From: Candidatus Woesebacteria bacterium
Lineage (GTDB): Bacteria; Patescibacteriota; Microgenomatia; UBA1400; MFAQ01
NCBI GenBank assembly: GCA_035389185.1
Contig: DAOORK010000001.1
Span: 510,218-574,217, forward strand
Length of the DNA: 64,000 nucleotides
Reading direction: 5' to 3'
Shown: one piece after another, positions 1 to 9,692 of the stretch
Layout of the letters: the number at the start of each line of letters is the position of its first letter
Numbering within the stretch: position 1 is the stretch's first letter
The notes under the pieces: model-generated
The model's database searches: none
What the model was told of the DNA's origin: nothing
The model's input: only the letters and a program-made list of their open reading frames with translations
Position numbers and translations under genes: made by a program

Positions 1-1
1 T

Positions 2-403
2 TACTTTGATAAGAAGCTCGACGATCTAAACGAAACGATTATCCAAAAGCAAGCACAAATTCAGGCATACGGTGAGGTAGAGTCGAGTATTAGAAAAATA
101 CTGGCAAAACAACAACCTGTCGAAGCATACATGAGTAGCGGACTAAATTTTGGAACCAAGATTGACAATTTAACTAAGGTCGTTCCCTCGGGAACAACTG
201 TTGATTCGCTTAATTTAACCAAAAATGGAATGACAGTAATCGGAAAAGCCCAGTCCGAGTACGGATTTGCCCAGTTGATTAGCGGACTAAAAAGACTTGA
301 GGGGGTAACAAATATTAGTATGAGAGACACGATTTTTGATCAAACGTCCGGTGGAGTGAAGTTTAATGTTCAATTAACTTTTAAAGATGGCCAGTCTAAT
401 TAA
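2..403 (+). CDS. pilN: type IV pilus assembly protein PilN-like (5' partial, continues upstream of window)
   Basis: Open frame runs from window edge (YFDKKLDDLNETIIQKQAQIQAY... coiled-coil) into ORF 131..403; coiled-coil then C-terminal beta-rich domain; immediately followed (17 bp overlap) by PilO-like gene; operon order N then O. Confidence 0.45.
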   Translation, partial: YFDKKLDDLNETIIQKQAQIQAYGEVESSIRKILAKQQPVEAYMSSGLNFGTKIDNLTKVVPSGTTVDSLNLTKNGMTVIGKAQSEYGFAQLISGLKRLEGVTNISMRDTIFDQTSGGVKFNVQLTFKDGQSN

Positions 404-1049
404 CAACGAAAAATACGCCCTTTATTACCAAAAAATTGGGCTACTCTATAAACGCCCTGAGGTTAAAGCATCGATTGAGATCATTTTGTCGATTTTCTCG
501 GTAATAATTTTGATTACGGCGGCAATTAGACCAACTCTAGTTAACGTGGCGACTTTACAAAAGAAGATTGAGGATCAAGAAGCAGTAAGCAGAAAAGCTG
601 ATACCAAGATTACTCAACTACTGAATGCTCAAAAACAACTACAGACACATGCCTCGAATCTTGGCCTTTTTGATGAAGCGGTACCCGACAATTTTTCTTA
701 CACAGGGATGAGTGAAAGATGGGAGTACTTGGCACGAAAAAACAACGTAAATATAGAGTCGATCTCTCTCCCCGGTTATACTTTGTATGGCAAGGGGATC
801 GTAAAAGGAGATTGGAGTAGCAGAATTGTAAAACCATCAGCAAACAACATTATCGTAAGTACGGCTACTTTTTCAGTAACAGGAAAACCTCTAAACGTAG
901 TTGCTTTCCTTAACGATGTTGAAAATATGGACCGTTTGGCCGTGATTGATTCAGTATCATTATCCAAGCAACTGGGTCTTACTAAAGCCGACGATCTACT
1001 GAAAGCATCGGGGCAGATTACCTTTTATTTTTACTCAACAACAAAATGA
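387..1049 (+). CDS. pilO: type IV pilus assembly protein PilO-like
   Basis: 220 aa; short cytoplasmic N-term, single TM (ILSIFSVIILITAAI), coiled-coil (QKKIEDQEAVSRKADTKITQLLNAQKQLQ) then periplasmic domain; ATGA overlap with next gene. Confidence 0.45.
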   Translation: MASLINNEKYALYYQKIGLLYKRPEVKASIEIILSIFSVIILITAAIRPTLVNVATLQKKIEDQEAVSRKADTKITQLLNAQKQLQTHASNLGLFDEAVPDNFSYTGMSERWEYLARKNNVNIESISLPGYTLYGKGIVKGDWSSRIVKPSANNIIVSTATFSVTGKPLNVVAFLNDVENMDRLAVIDSVSLSKQLGLTKADDLLKASGQITFYFYSTTK

Positions 1050-1378
1050 AACCAACCCGAACAATCTCGTCGTACATCCTACTGATTGGACTGTTGGGAC
1101 TGGCTATTGTGGGAGGTATTTTGGCATACCAAATCTATGCGGCCTCGGTGAAAACCCAAACTACTGCCGAACAAAAAGAAGCTATTAAATCAATTGATGG
1201 GATTATCAAACAAACAGTAATTGATGATCTTGCCCGCAGAGAGGTTTACACTGAAAGTGAGATGGATGGATATTTAGTTACCACCAGTGTTCTTGAAACC
1301 GCAGAAGTAACACCTGAGGCAACTTCGGCGGGAACAACAACAGAAACAGAAGAAGCAAGCCCGTCGGCACAACAATAA
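1046..1378 (+). CDS. small membrane-anchored protein, pilus-operon associated (hypothetical)
   Basis: 110 aa; N-terminal TM (ILLIGLLGLAIVGGILA), Thr/Glu-rich C-terminal tail; translationally coupled between pilO-like and FN3 protein. Confidence 0.4.
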   Translation: MKPTRTISSYILLIGLLGLAIVGGILAYQIYAASVKTQTTAEQKEAIKSIDGIIKQTVIDDLARREVYTESEMDGYLVTTSVLETAEVTPEATSAGTTTETEEASPSAQQ

Positions 1379-1380
1379 AT

Positions 1381-2754
1381 ATGGCAAAACAAGGACTAAT
1401 GACTAAAAGAATTCCAACCCTACTTGGGGTGTTGATTCTATTGGGTGGATTAGTCGCCGGTGTGATTTTGGTAAATAGCAGGCAAGGACTGGTGACAAAG
1501 GCAGGCCCGACAGCTTCGCCCAAAAATGTAAAAATATCCAACCGCAGAGCCGATACTTTTACCGTAAGTTGGACAACCGACACTCCGGTAACCGGATATT
1601 TGAAGTACTCGGAAAACCCGGCAAAAATTACAACACCAGCTGGAGATGCACGGGACCAGATCTCCGGGAGTTCGCAGTCTTCGACAAACCACTACGTAAC
1701 CGTCACCGGATTAAATCCAAACAGAACAATCTACTTTGAAATTGGATCGGGGTCGCAGATGTATGACGACAACGGGAAACCCTTCACCGTGCAAACGGGA
1801 AAACAGGTGGTAGCTTCACAGACGGAAGATGTAATCAGCGGGAAAGTGTTGGGGGCAAACGGCAGTCCAATTACAAATGCCATCGTGTATGTCGAAGTTG
1901 AAGGAGGAGAAACACTATCCGCAATGACGAATACCGAAGGATCATGGAAACTAAACTTGCTACTTTCGAGGAACAGTAGCGGAGACCTTTTGAGCTATGA
2001 CGCCTCAACTTCGCTGATCTCGATCTTTGTTCAAGCCGGAATTTCGGGAACGGCCACGGCAATAACCAACACCGGTAATGCAAAACCGGTACCGGATATT
2101 GTTCTAGGAAAAAATCAGAGTTTTGTTGAGACAACCACGGCAACGACATCGGGAACTTTGACGGATACAGCCACAAAAAGCAGCGGTTTCAAAAATATTG
2201 CTGAGGAGGCTACATCGATAGTTTTGTCTCCCGACGCTTCGGAGTCAGCCGGGTCGGTGATTATTTTGAATCCGGCCATTAATGGAGAGATGATTGCAAC
2301 AAGCTCACCGGAGTTTAAAGGAAAAACAAACCCCGGAACAACAATAAAGATTACCGTTCACTCGGCTCTGGAAATGACTCAGGTGATTAAGGCAGACAAG
2401 GATGGTCTTTGGACGTGGACTCCTCCTCAGGATTTGGAACCAGGAGTACACACCCTAACACTGGAGTATACCGATGAAAATAATGTTTTCCAAAAAGTGG
2501 TCCGAAGTTTCACCGTTTTGGCGGCAGAAAGCACTGGCGGACTACCAGCCTTTACGGCTACACCTTCAGCAACAGTAACGACAACCAAAACAGCAACAAT
2601 TTCGGCAACTCCAACCAAAAAAGCAAGTATGCCGGCAACGACATCGGGAACACTGACAGATACCGGAACACTTTCTCTGACCGTGGTTTTGGCAGTTTTG
2701 GGCCTTGGGATGCTGTTATTTGGAAAAATTTCAAGACGATGGTGGATAGATTGA
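1381..2754 (+). CDS. secreted/cell-surface protein with fibronectin type III (purple-acid-phosphatase-N-like) domain and C-terminal hydrophobic anchor
   Basis: 457 aa; N-terminal TM/signal; FN3-like block (TFTVSWTTDTPVTGYLKYSENPA...NHYVTVTGLNPNRTIYFEIGS); internal repeat TSGTLTDT x2; C-terminus LTDTG + hydrophobic stretch + KISRRWWID resembles tripartite sorting signal. Confidence 0.5.
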   Translation: MAKQGLMTKRIPTLLGVLILLGGLVAGVILVNSRQGLVTKAGPTASPKNVKISNRRADTFTVSWTTDTPVTGYLKYSENPAKITTPAGDARDQISGSSQSSTNHYVTVTGLNPNRTIYFEIGSGSQMYDDNGKPFTVQTGKQVVASQTEDVISGKVLGANGSPITNAIVYVEVEGGETLSAMTNTEGSWKLNLLLSRNSSGDLLSYDASTSLISIFVQAGISGTATAITNTGNAKPVPDIVLGKNQSFVETTTATTSGTLTDTATKSSGFKNIAEEATSIVLSPDASESAGSVIILNPAINGEMIATSSPEFKGKTNPGTTIKITVHSALEMTQVIKADKDGLWTWTPPQDLEPGVHTLTLEYTDENNVFQKVVRSFTVLAAESTGGLPAFTATPSATVTTTKTATISATPTKKASMPATTSGTLTDTGTLSLTVVLAVLGLGMLLFGKISRRWWID

Positions 2755-2817
2755 CGGGAAAGTATATTTTATCTATAGTGTAGATAGGTCCGTTTTATTG
2801 GACCGCTAATTAAGCGC

Positions 2818-4485
2818 ATGGATGATCAAAATCAAAATACTCAGCCTTTAGTTTCCGGTACTCCTCCAAACGTTCCCGCCATGCCTGAGGATATAACTCC
2901 GCAGACACCTCCACAGACCGCTATTCCTCCAGTAGAAACTCCTGAACCGGAAACACCTTTTGTCCCTTCTCAGCCAGGACCAATGACAACAACCACAACA
3001 GTAACCTCGACAGAGCCAGTTGAAGTTCCTCCGATGACAACTCCCATTGATACTCCTACTGAGGAGTCTCCTGTTCCGATACCCGCACCGATGACAACAG
3101 AAACAACGACTACAACTACGACAGAAACGCCAGTGCCAACTGAAGTACAAATGCCAGCGGCGAAGAAGAAGGTCTCACCGGTAATTTTGGGGGCTTTAGC
3201 CTTGCTTTTGGTGGTCGGTGTGGCTGGGGCAGCCTACTATGTATCAAATCAGTTATCTACTAGACAAGCAGTAGCACCAACAGCGCCGGAAAGTAAACCA
3301 CAGGCGGCGGCACTGTGCCGTTTACTTTATGAAACTCAATGCATTCAAAGAAGTGACTGTGAATGGGATTATGATCATTGTATTTCAAAGATCGTAACAA
3401 CACCAACACCGCCGCCAGCAACAAATAATAGTACTGGTGGTGGTGATAATAATACTAAAACCACAACAACGAGTGGTGAGAGCAGTTCTTCTTTGTATGT
3501 AAGTAAACCAACAGATGGATGCGGCTCAACAGCGTACCACAAATATGACTGCGGAACTCAGTGCTGTCGTACTACATCCACTTATGCCAAAGATGCCAAC
3601 TGCTGTACTACAGGCTGTAAGGAGCCAGACTCAAGCGGGATATTAAATGGAGCAGAAGAAAAACTGTGGTGTGAAAGTGATACGATCGATCAGTTCCAAG
3701 AGGCAAATCAGATTACTTTTAAAAGAACCGGAACGGCGGCTATTTATTTGAGTGGTACTTTTCATTACAAAGTGAGTCTAACCAAAAAGAGTGGAGATGG
3801 AGCGGCGAGTTTTTCTATCCCCTCTTCGGGTGACTATGTCGTTGGTGGAACTTCTTATACTATCGGCACGGTAAGTGCGGGGTCTGTGTACACGATGAGT
3901 ATTACTTTGAAAGAGGATGTCGATGTGAGTCGTGGTGCGTCTTTGGGTTGGAGAAAACCAAAGTCTGTGCAGACAGCACACCCTTCGTGTGACGCGTCGG
4001 GTACAGTGACAAAGGCGAGTGCTTTGTTTGATCTTAAAACCGAAACAACAGATGTTGATTATCCGGTGATGTGCTGGGCTGACTCGATCATTACTGGCGG
4101 ACCCGATCAGAGCATGGCGGAAAAATATGACTTTGATGACTTCACTGTTGCTGTTGGTTACTCATCTTCGACAACAGTTGGAATGTGTTCGAAGATCAAT
4201 ATCTACAAATACGACACAGCAACAAGTGCATATAGCTCCACAGCACTGACAGCCACCGAACTACAGAATCTTCATATTGGTGATGTTTTGCAATTCGAAA
4301 TGGAAGCAAGTATGGAGAACTTAAGCGGAAAATTTAGAGTGACCACCAACGGATCTGCCGGAGACTGGCTGACAGCAAGAGAAAAAACGACGTCAAATTG
4401 GACTAAGTTGGTTTATTATCCATACACCATATCAGCTTTGGGCGCGTATTCTTTTGAAGGTCAAGTTACTACCACTGCACAATAA
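2818..4485 (+). CDS. Pro/Thr-rich membrane-anchored, Cys-rich extracellular protein (hypothetical)
   Basis: 555 aa; N-terminal P/T/E low-complexity, TM (VILGALALLLVVGVAGAAYYV), then motif QLSTRQAVAPTAPESKP shared with next gene; many Cys clusters (CRLLYETQCIQRSDCEWDYDHC; DGCGSTAYHKYDCGTQCCR...CCTTGC). Confidence 0.5.
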   Translation: MDDQNQNTQPLVSGTPPNVPAMPEDITPQTPPQTAIPPVETPEPETPFVPSQPGPMTTTTTVTSTEPVEVPPMTTPIDTPTEESPVPIPAPMTTETTTTTTTETPVPTEVQMPAAKKKVSPVILGALALLLVVGVAGAAYYVSNQLSTRQAVAPTAPESKPQAAALCRLLYETQCIQRSDCEWDYDHCISKIVTTPTPPPATNNSTGGGDNNTKTTTTSGESSSSLYVSKPTDGCGSTAYHKYDCGTQCCRTTSTYAKDANCCTTGCKEPDSSGILNGAEEKLWCESDTIDQFQEANQITFKRTGTAAIYLSGTFHYKVSLTKKSGDGAASFSIPSSGDYVVGGTSYTIGTVSAGSVYTMSITLKEDVDVSRGASLGWRKPKSVQTAHPSCDASGTVTKASALFDLKTETTDVDYPVMCWADSIITGGPDQSMAEKYDFDDFTVAVGYSSSTTVGMCSKINIYKYDTATSAYSSTALTATELQNLHIGDVLQFEMEASMENLSGKFRVTTNGSAGDWLTAREKTTSNWTKLVYYPYTISALGAYSFEGQVTTTAQ

Positions 4486-4490
4486 GAAAA

Positions 4491-5414
4491 ATGAATAACA
4501 AGAAAAAAATACTGGCGATTGTCTTGGTAGCTTTGGTACTAATACTGGGAGGAGCATCAATTTATGTGGCCACACAACTGTCGACAAGACAAGCTGTAGC
4601 CCCTACAGCTCCCGAAAGTAAACCGGCGGCGAGTGAGTCGGCAACAATTGTATGGTCTGATTCATGTGTAGCTACGGCGTCTGCAGTGGCAGTTGCTGAA
4701 AAAACAACTACCATTGAAGGAGTAAAAACAGCATATGAGAACGAAACGACAAATACTGCCGGTAGTTACTCACTAAAGACGGCTATGGATACAGTGGCGA
4801 AGAGCCAAACATATGTTTACGCTATTTCCTTGAAAAATACCGGTGAGGCAACGGCAACCGGAGTAACAATAAAAGATTCTTTAGCTGAAATTACCGAGCT
4901 AACATATGTTGACAAAGTGAGTGGGTGTTCATGGAGTGTTGCCGAAAAGCTTGTAACTTGCAGTACGACAATCAACCCCGATGAGACAAAGACTTTCTCA
5001 TTTAGAGTGAAGACGTCGAGCGATGTAGTTAACGGTGCGGTAATTACCAATACGGCAGCCGTGACTTCGGACAATGCCGGTTCGCTAACCTTAACCAAAG
5101 ATTTACCGGTGAGCACGGTTGTGGGCTGTAATCACACGTGTACCACTGATGAAGAGTGCGGTTCTGGACTTACCTGTGACACAACAACAAACAAGTGTAG
5201 ACTGGCGGCATGTCTTACCGAGTCAGACTGTGTTTGTGCGACTGTTACAACGACTACAACTACAACTGTTGTTACTGCTAGCCCAACAAAAATCGCCACA
5301 ACGGCGGCTACCCCAACTATCTTGCCGGAGACAGGTATCCTTGATCTGCCAGGAATTGCGGCCTTTGGCGGTGGATTGCTTTTGGCAGTAGTAGGAATAC
5401 TCTTAGCGCTGTAA
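4491..5414 (+). CDS. LPXTG(LPETG)-motif cell-wall-anchored surface protein
   Basis: 307 aa; N-terminal TM/signal followed by same QLSTRQAVAPTAPESKP motif as upstream paralog; C-terminal ILPETG (nt 5322-5336) followed by hydrophobic segment GIAAFGGGLLLAVVGILLAL; Cys-rich stalk (CNHTCTTDEECGSGLTCD...). Confidence 0.6.
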   Translation: MNNKKKILAIVLVALVLILGGASIYVATQLSTRQAVAPTAPESKPAASESATIVWSDSCVATASAVAVAEKTTTIEGVKTAYENETTNTAGSYSLKTAMDTVAKSQTYVYAISLKNTGEATATGVTIKDSLAEITELTYVDKVSGCSWSVAEKLVTCSTTINPDETKTFSFRVKTSSDVVNGAVITNTAAVTSDNAGSLTLTKDLPVSTVVGCNHTCTTDEECGSGLTCDTTTNKCRLAACLTESDCVCATVTTTTTTTVVTASPTKIATTAATPTILPETGILDLPGIAAFGGGLLLAVVGILLAL

Positions 5415-5418
5415 AGAC

Positions 5419-6663
5419 ATGAAGATCGCAGTTGTCGGGGGAGGTTTTACCGGAGTTGCCTGTGCTTTGTCTTTGCTGGAAAAAGGAGTTGAGGTGGTTC
5501 TTTTTGAGGAAGGAGAAAAACTGGGAGGTTTGGCGGGTGGTTTTAATCAGGGAACATGGAAATGGGATTTGGAGTTTTTTTATCATCATGTTTTTACAAA
5601 TGACAAAGAGATTGCGGAGCTGGCACGAAAAGTAGATTGGCCAGTAGAGATCAAATCGCCCCTAACCACAAGTTATTTGAAAGGGAAGGAAATCCAACTG
5701 GACACCCCATTGTCTGTTTTGAGATTTTCTCAAATGAGTCTTTGGGGAAGAGTTCGGATGGGACTGGGGCTTTTGATCTTAAAAATGATCCCTAACGGAC
5801 TATTTTTGGAAAAGTATAAGGTGACAGAGACGCTCCCCGGATTGATAGGCAAAGAGGGGTATCGAGTCATCTGGGGAAAACTGATTAAGGCAAAATTCGG
5901 ACCATATACAGAAAAGGTTAACATGGCTTGGTTTTGGGCTAGGGTTGCCAAACGAAGCAGTCGTTTGGGATATTTTGAAGGAGGGTTCCAAAAATTGGCC
6001 GACAAATCCTGGGAAAAAATCACGAATCTGGGAGGAAAAATAAAATTAAAAGAAAAAGTGGCGGAGATAAAACCATCAGAGGGAAAGTGGCTAGTAAACA
6101 AAGAAAAATTTGATGGAGTGGTAGTAACGACGCAGATGCCTATTGCAAAAGACCTATTGGAAGGAGTGGAGGTTCCAAAAATTGACTATCTCTGGGGACA
6201 AACATTGGTTTTGGAAACAAGCAACAAACTAATAAACGGTTATTGGATGAATATTCTGGAAGATAAATGGCCGTTTTTGGTAGCGGTGGAACACACCAAC
6301 ATGATTGACAAAAAAAACTACGATGATAACCGGATTGTGTACTTGGGAAATTATTTGCCAGAAGACAGCAAACAGTTAAAGATGAGCAAAGAAGAACTAC
6401 TGGAAATGTATCTGCCTTTCCTGCGAAAAATAAATAAGAACTTTCATAAAAAGTGGATTAAAAATGTTTTTCTTTTTCGAAAACCATATTCTCAACCAGT
6501 CTTCCCAGTAAATTATTCCCGACAAAAACCGACGACAAAAACAAAGTATCCGGGACTTTATATTGCCAATATGAGTATGGTTTATCCTTTTGATCGAGGA
6601 ACAAATTATGCAGTAAAAATGGGCAATGAGGTAGCCAAACAGGTGTTAACCGATTTAAGATAA
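5419..6663 (+). CDS. FAD/NAD(P)-binding oxidoreductase (amine oxidase / phytoene desaturase-like family)
   Basis: 414 aa; N-terminal Rossmann dinucleotide-binding motif KIAVVGGGFTGVACALSLLEKGVEVVLFEEGEKLGGLAGG. Confidence 0.65.
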   Translation: MKIAVVGGGFTGVACALSLLEKGVEVVLFEEGEKLGGLAGGFNQGTWKWDLEFFYHHVFTNDKEIAELARKVDWPVEIKSPLTTSYLKGKEIQLDTPLSVLRFSQMSLWGRVRMGLGLLILKMIPNGLFLEKYKVTETLPGLIGKEGYRVIWGKLIKAKFGPYTEKVNMAWFWARVAKRSSRLGYFEGGFQKLADKSWEKITNLGGKIKLKEKVAEIKPSEGKWLVNKEKFDGVVVTTQMPIAKDLLEGVEVPKIDYLWGQTLVLETSNKLINGYWMNILEDKWPFLVAVEHTNMIDKKNYDDNRIVYLGNYLPEDSKQLKMSKEELLEMYLPFLRKINKNFHKKWIKNVFLFRKPYSQPVFPVNYSRQKPTTKTKYPGLYIANMSMVYPFDRGTNYAVKMGNEVAKQVLTDLR

Positions 6664-6666
6664 AGA

Positions 6667-8628
6667 ATGGCCAACGGTGATTTTTTGATTATTTTGCAAA
6701 CATATGCCATAAGTTTGGGATTACAGTTTTTGGGATGGCCGTGGGTGAAAAAGTTTTTTGGAAAAATGCCGGACAAGGGGTGGTGCTTGAGCCGAGTATT
6801 CGTTTCTTTGGTAAGTGCCCTGCTTATCTGGCAGTTGTCCTACCTAGGATTACCATCAAATACTCAGGCCGGAGTTTGGGCATTTTTAGTTTTCATCGGC
6901 TTGGCCGATCTATTTCTGATTATTAAAGAGGGTCTGGGAGCAGTCACAATTCCAAGAGGGATTGCGAAACTTGTGTCGATTGAAGAGTATTTGTTTATCA
7001 TTGGATTTGGCGGAATTGCTCTTTTAAGAGCATATGACCCCAGTTTGGACAGCCTTGAGAAATACATGGATTTTGGTTTTGTGAATCAGTACTTGAACTC
7101 ACTTACCTTACCCGCTCTTGATATGTGGCAGGCGGGTCAATCCATAAATTACTACTCTTTTGGACATTTTTGGGCGAGCATTCTGATAAAAATTTGGGGG
7201 GTAAAAGCGGCAGTTGGTTATAACTTAATGTTGGCATTTATTTTTGGGGTTTGTGTCGACCTGGTTTTTATGGCCAGTTATATGTTGACAGGAAAACACA
7301 ACGCCAGGGCGTCTTTGGTAGGAGGCCTGGTAGGAGCTCTATCTGTACTTCTGGCAGGCAACAGTCAAGTAATTTGGTATCTGATTGAAAATCAGAGTTT
7401 AAGTAATTACTGGTATGCCGATGCTACGAGGTTTATTTACAACACAATTCACGAATTTCCCAGCTACAGTTTTGTGGTTTCTGATCTTCATGGACATGTT
7501 TTGGATCTGCCGGTGATTTTGGCGTTTTTGATTGTCCTTTTTGTGTGGATTAAAGACCGAAAAAGAGTTTACGAAATAATCATGGGGTGTTTATTTGGGG
7601 TGATGATGATGACAAACACATGGGATGTGGCTGTCTACGGATTACTTTTGATAGTGTTAAGCGCTCAGATGGCTCTGTCGAACAAAAATAACATTAAGGA
7701 TATTTTGCGAGTAGCAATGATAATGTTTGTGACGATGTTTGCGGTGGCAATACCGTGGGGGTTGAAGTTTATTCCGATTTCAAACGGAATAGGAATAGTA
7801 AGTGCGAGGTCTCCTCTTTGGCAGTTGGCTGCTCTGTGGACAGGAGGAATAATCGTCAGTTTCGTGGCGGTAATTACTGAAGGAAAGGGTGAAAATCGTC
7901 ATTTGGTGAGAACCTTAATGATTACGGCGCTACTATTGATTGCCATTCCGGAGTTTGTTTTTGCCAGAGACATTTATGCTACTTATCCTAGGGCGAACAC
8001 GATGTTTAAACTAACTTATCAGGCCTTTATCATGATGGGAATACTGGCTGGATATTGTTGGGGGAAACTGCTAGATCGGGAAGTAAAAATGCCCATTGTT
8101 TGGAGGTTTGGAGCATTCTTTGCCGTGTTTTGGATATTTGTAGGAACAATGGTTTTCCCATTTGAAGCGTTTCCAACTTACTATGGCGGATTTAAAAATT
8201 ATCAAGGCTTGGATGGGGAAAAATGGATGGAGACAAAGATGCCGGAAAATTATGGAGCAATTAAATATCTCCAAGAAAACAGGAACGGCAAAAATATGGT
8301 TGAAGCTGTAGGTGAAAGCTATACCCTGCAAAATGCGGTATCGGTATTTTCGGGAGTACCAACCATCCAGGGTTGGAGAGTTCATGAATGGCTGTGGAGA
8401 GGAGGTTTTGGGGTGGTAGCCGAAAGACAGGACGAGGTGACTGAGATATATCAGGGCGAAGATCTTGGAGACACCGCGGAGATATTAAAGAAATACAATG
8501 TTGGCTGGATTTTGGTTGGACAAGACGAAAAGATATCGTATCGGATAAACGAAGAAAAACTATGGCAGTTCGGGGAAGTAGTTTGGAGTACCGGTGAGAC
8601 TTATCTAATCAAGATAACCCACTATTGA
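6667..8628 (+). CDS. large polytopic membrane protein (DUF2298 / GT-C-like putative glycosyltransferase)
   Basis: 653 aa; >10 predicted TM helices over first ~500 aa followed by soluble C-terminal domain; architecture typical of GT-C fold/DUF2298 proteins; 3-bp gap after FAD oxidoreductase. Confidence 0.45.
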   Translation: MANGDFLIILQTYAISLGLQFLGWPWVKKFFGKMPDKGWCLSRVFVSLVSALLIWQLSYLGLPSNTQAGVWAFLVFIGLADLFLIIKEGLGAVTIPRGIAKLVSIEEYLFIIGFGGIALLRAYDPSLDSLEKYMDFGFVNQYLNSLTLPALDMWQAGQSINYYSFGHFWASILIKIWGVKAAVGYNLMLAFIFGVCVDLVFMASYMLTGKHNARASLVGGLVGALSVLLAGNSQVIWYLIENQSLSNYWYADATRFIYNTIHEFPSYSFVVSDLHGHVLDLPVILAFLIVLFVWIKDRKRVYEIIMGCLFGVMMMTNTWDVAVYGLLLIVLSAQMALSNKNNIKDILRVAMIMFVTMFAVAIPWGLKFIPISNGIGIVSARSPLWQLAALWTGGIIVSFVAVITEGKGENRHLVRTLMITALLLIAIPEFVFARDIYATYPRANTMFKLTYQAFIMMGILAGYCWGKLLDREVKMPIVWRFGAFFAVFWIFVGTMVFPFEAFPTYYGGFKNYQGLDGEKWMETKMPENYGAIKYLQENRNGKNMVEAVGESYTLQNAVSVFSGVPTIQGWRVHEWLWRGGFGVVAERQDEVTEIYQGEDLGDTAEILKKYNVGWILVGQDEKISYRINEEKLWQFGEVVWSTGETYLIKITHY

Positions 8629-9692
8629 GTACCGTTGAGACGATTGGCGGTGTATTGCTTAAGGGCCGACCAGTTGTTATCTTTGGGTATGAGGACCCAA
8701 GCCCCTTTGTAAGCCGCGGTAGGTGGATTGTAGAGGATGGTAACACCGTTCTCATCGGGAAGGTCGGAGATACCAAAAGACTTTAAGGGATTATCTTTTG
8801 TTTCTAGAGCGACCTTGGCCAAGGTGGGGTAGAGAGAGTGATCAATATTTGTTTTGAGATTTGAGTCGAGAATGGAGAAAAATTGATCGACTTTGTTTTG
8901 GTCTAGAAGGAAGCTGGGGGTAAGCATTTTTTGTTTGAGAGCAGTGATCACCTGCTGTTGTCTATGAGAGCGGGCGAAGTCTGTACCCTCGTCCCCTTCC
9001 GAGTGGCGGGAACGAACAAATTTGAGAGCAGTTTCGCCATCGAGGTGGGCTGAGCCTGTGGCAAAAGTGATGGTTTCAAAGCGACTGGAAATAGGGAGAG
9101 AGTCTTCTTTGCCGGGGATAGGAAACTCGGTGTCGGTAAAACCGGGATCGATGTTGATATCGATACCACCGAGAAGGTCGATAGTTTCTTTGAAAATAGT
9201 GAAGTTGATAACGGCAGTGTAGTGAATGGGCAAACCAAGATCTTCAAGAATGGCTGCCTGAGACATTTTGATTCCCGCTCCGGGACTTGCTTCCTCTCCA
9301 TAGTAATAAGCAGTATTAATTTTTGCCTGGAGTGAAGGAACCCAGAGATCCCGAGGAATACTGATAAGGGTGCCTGTTTTTGATTGATGATTGTAAGACA
9401 AGACAATAATAGTGTCGGCAAGATTGGGAGAGTCGGTGCCCTCACCTCGAATGCCAAGAATAAGAAAGTTGGTGACACCGTTGGTGTTGTCTAGATTTCC
9501 GGCTGGTGTGCCAAAGAAACTTAGTAGATCTTGAGGTTTGAGGTGAAGACCGGCAAGATATCCCATCCCCTTCCAACCAAAGAACCCGAGTATAGCGACG
9601 AGGAGGGCAAGAAAGAGAAAAAGAAGATGACGTCTAATAAAGGAAGCAAAGCGAATAAAAAGCCGGCCTGATCTGAGATGGCTGAGTTTCAT
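8622..9692 (-). CDS. LytR-CpsA-Psr (LCP) family cell-envelope polymer transferase
   Basis: 356 aa; N-terminal TM then LCP core (FLILGIRGEGTDSPNLADTIIVLSYNHQSKTGTLISIPRDLWVP...INTAYYYGE...YTAVINFTIFKETIDLLGGIDINID); start ATG overlaps tpiA stop (TAATG). Confidence 0.8.
   Translation of the reverse strand: MKLSHLRSGRLFIRFASFIRRHLLFLFLALLVAILGFFGWKGMGYLAGLHLKPQDLLSFFGTPAGNLDNTNGVTNFLILGIRGEGTDSPNLADTIIVLSYNHQSKTGTLISIPRDLWVPSLQAKINTAYYYGEEASPGAGIKMSQAAILEDLGLPIHYTAVINFTIFKETIDLLGGIDINIDPGFTDTEFPIPGKEDSLPISSRFETITFATGSAHLDGETALKFVRSRHSEGDEGTDFARSHRQQQVITALKQKMLTPSFLLDQNKVDQFFSILDSNLKTNIDHSLYPTLAKVALETKDNPLKSFGISDLPDENGVTILYNPPTAAYKGAWVLIPKDNNWSALKQYTANRLNGTQ

Noticed and set aside
8948-9478. 176-aa minus ORF and other short ORFs (e.g. 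610..843, 2848..3150, 37675..38286, 44432..45013) nested in longer genes
   Set aside because: All lie off-frame or antisense within genes that have strong family-level motif support.
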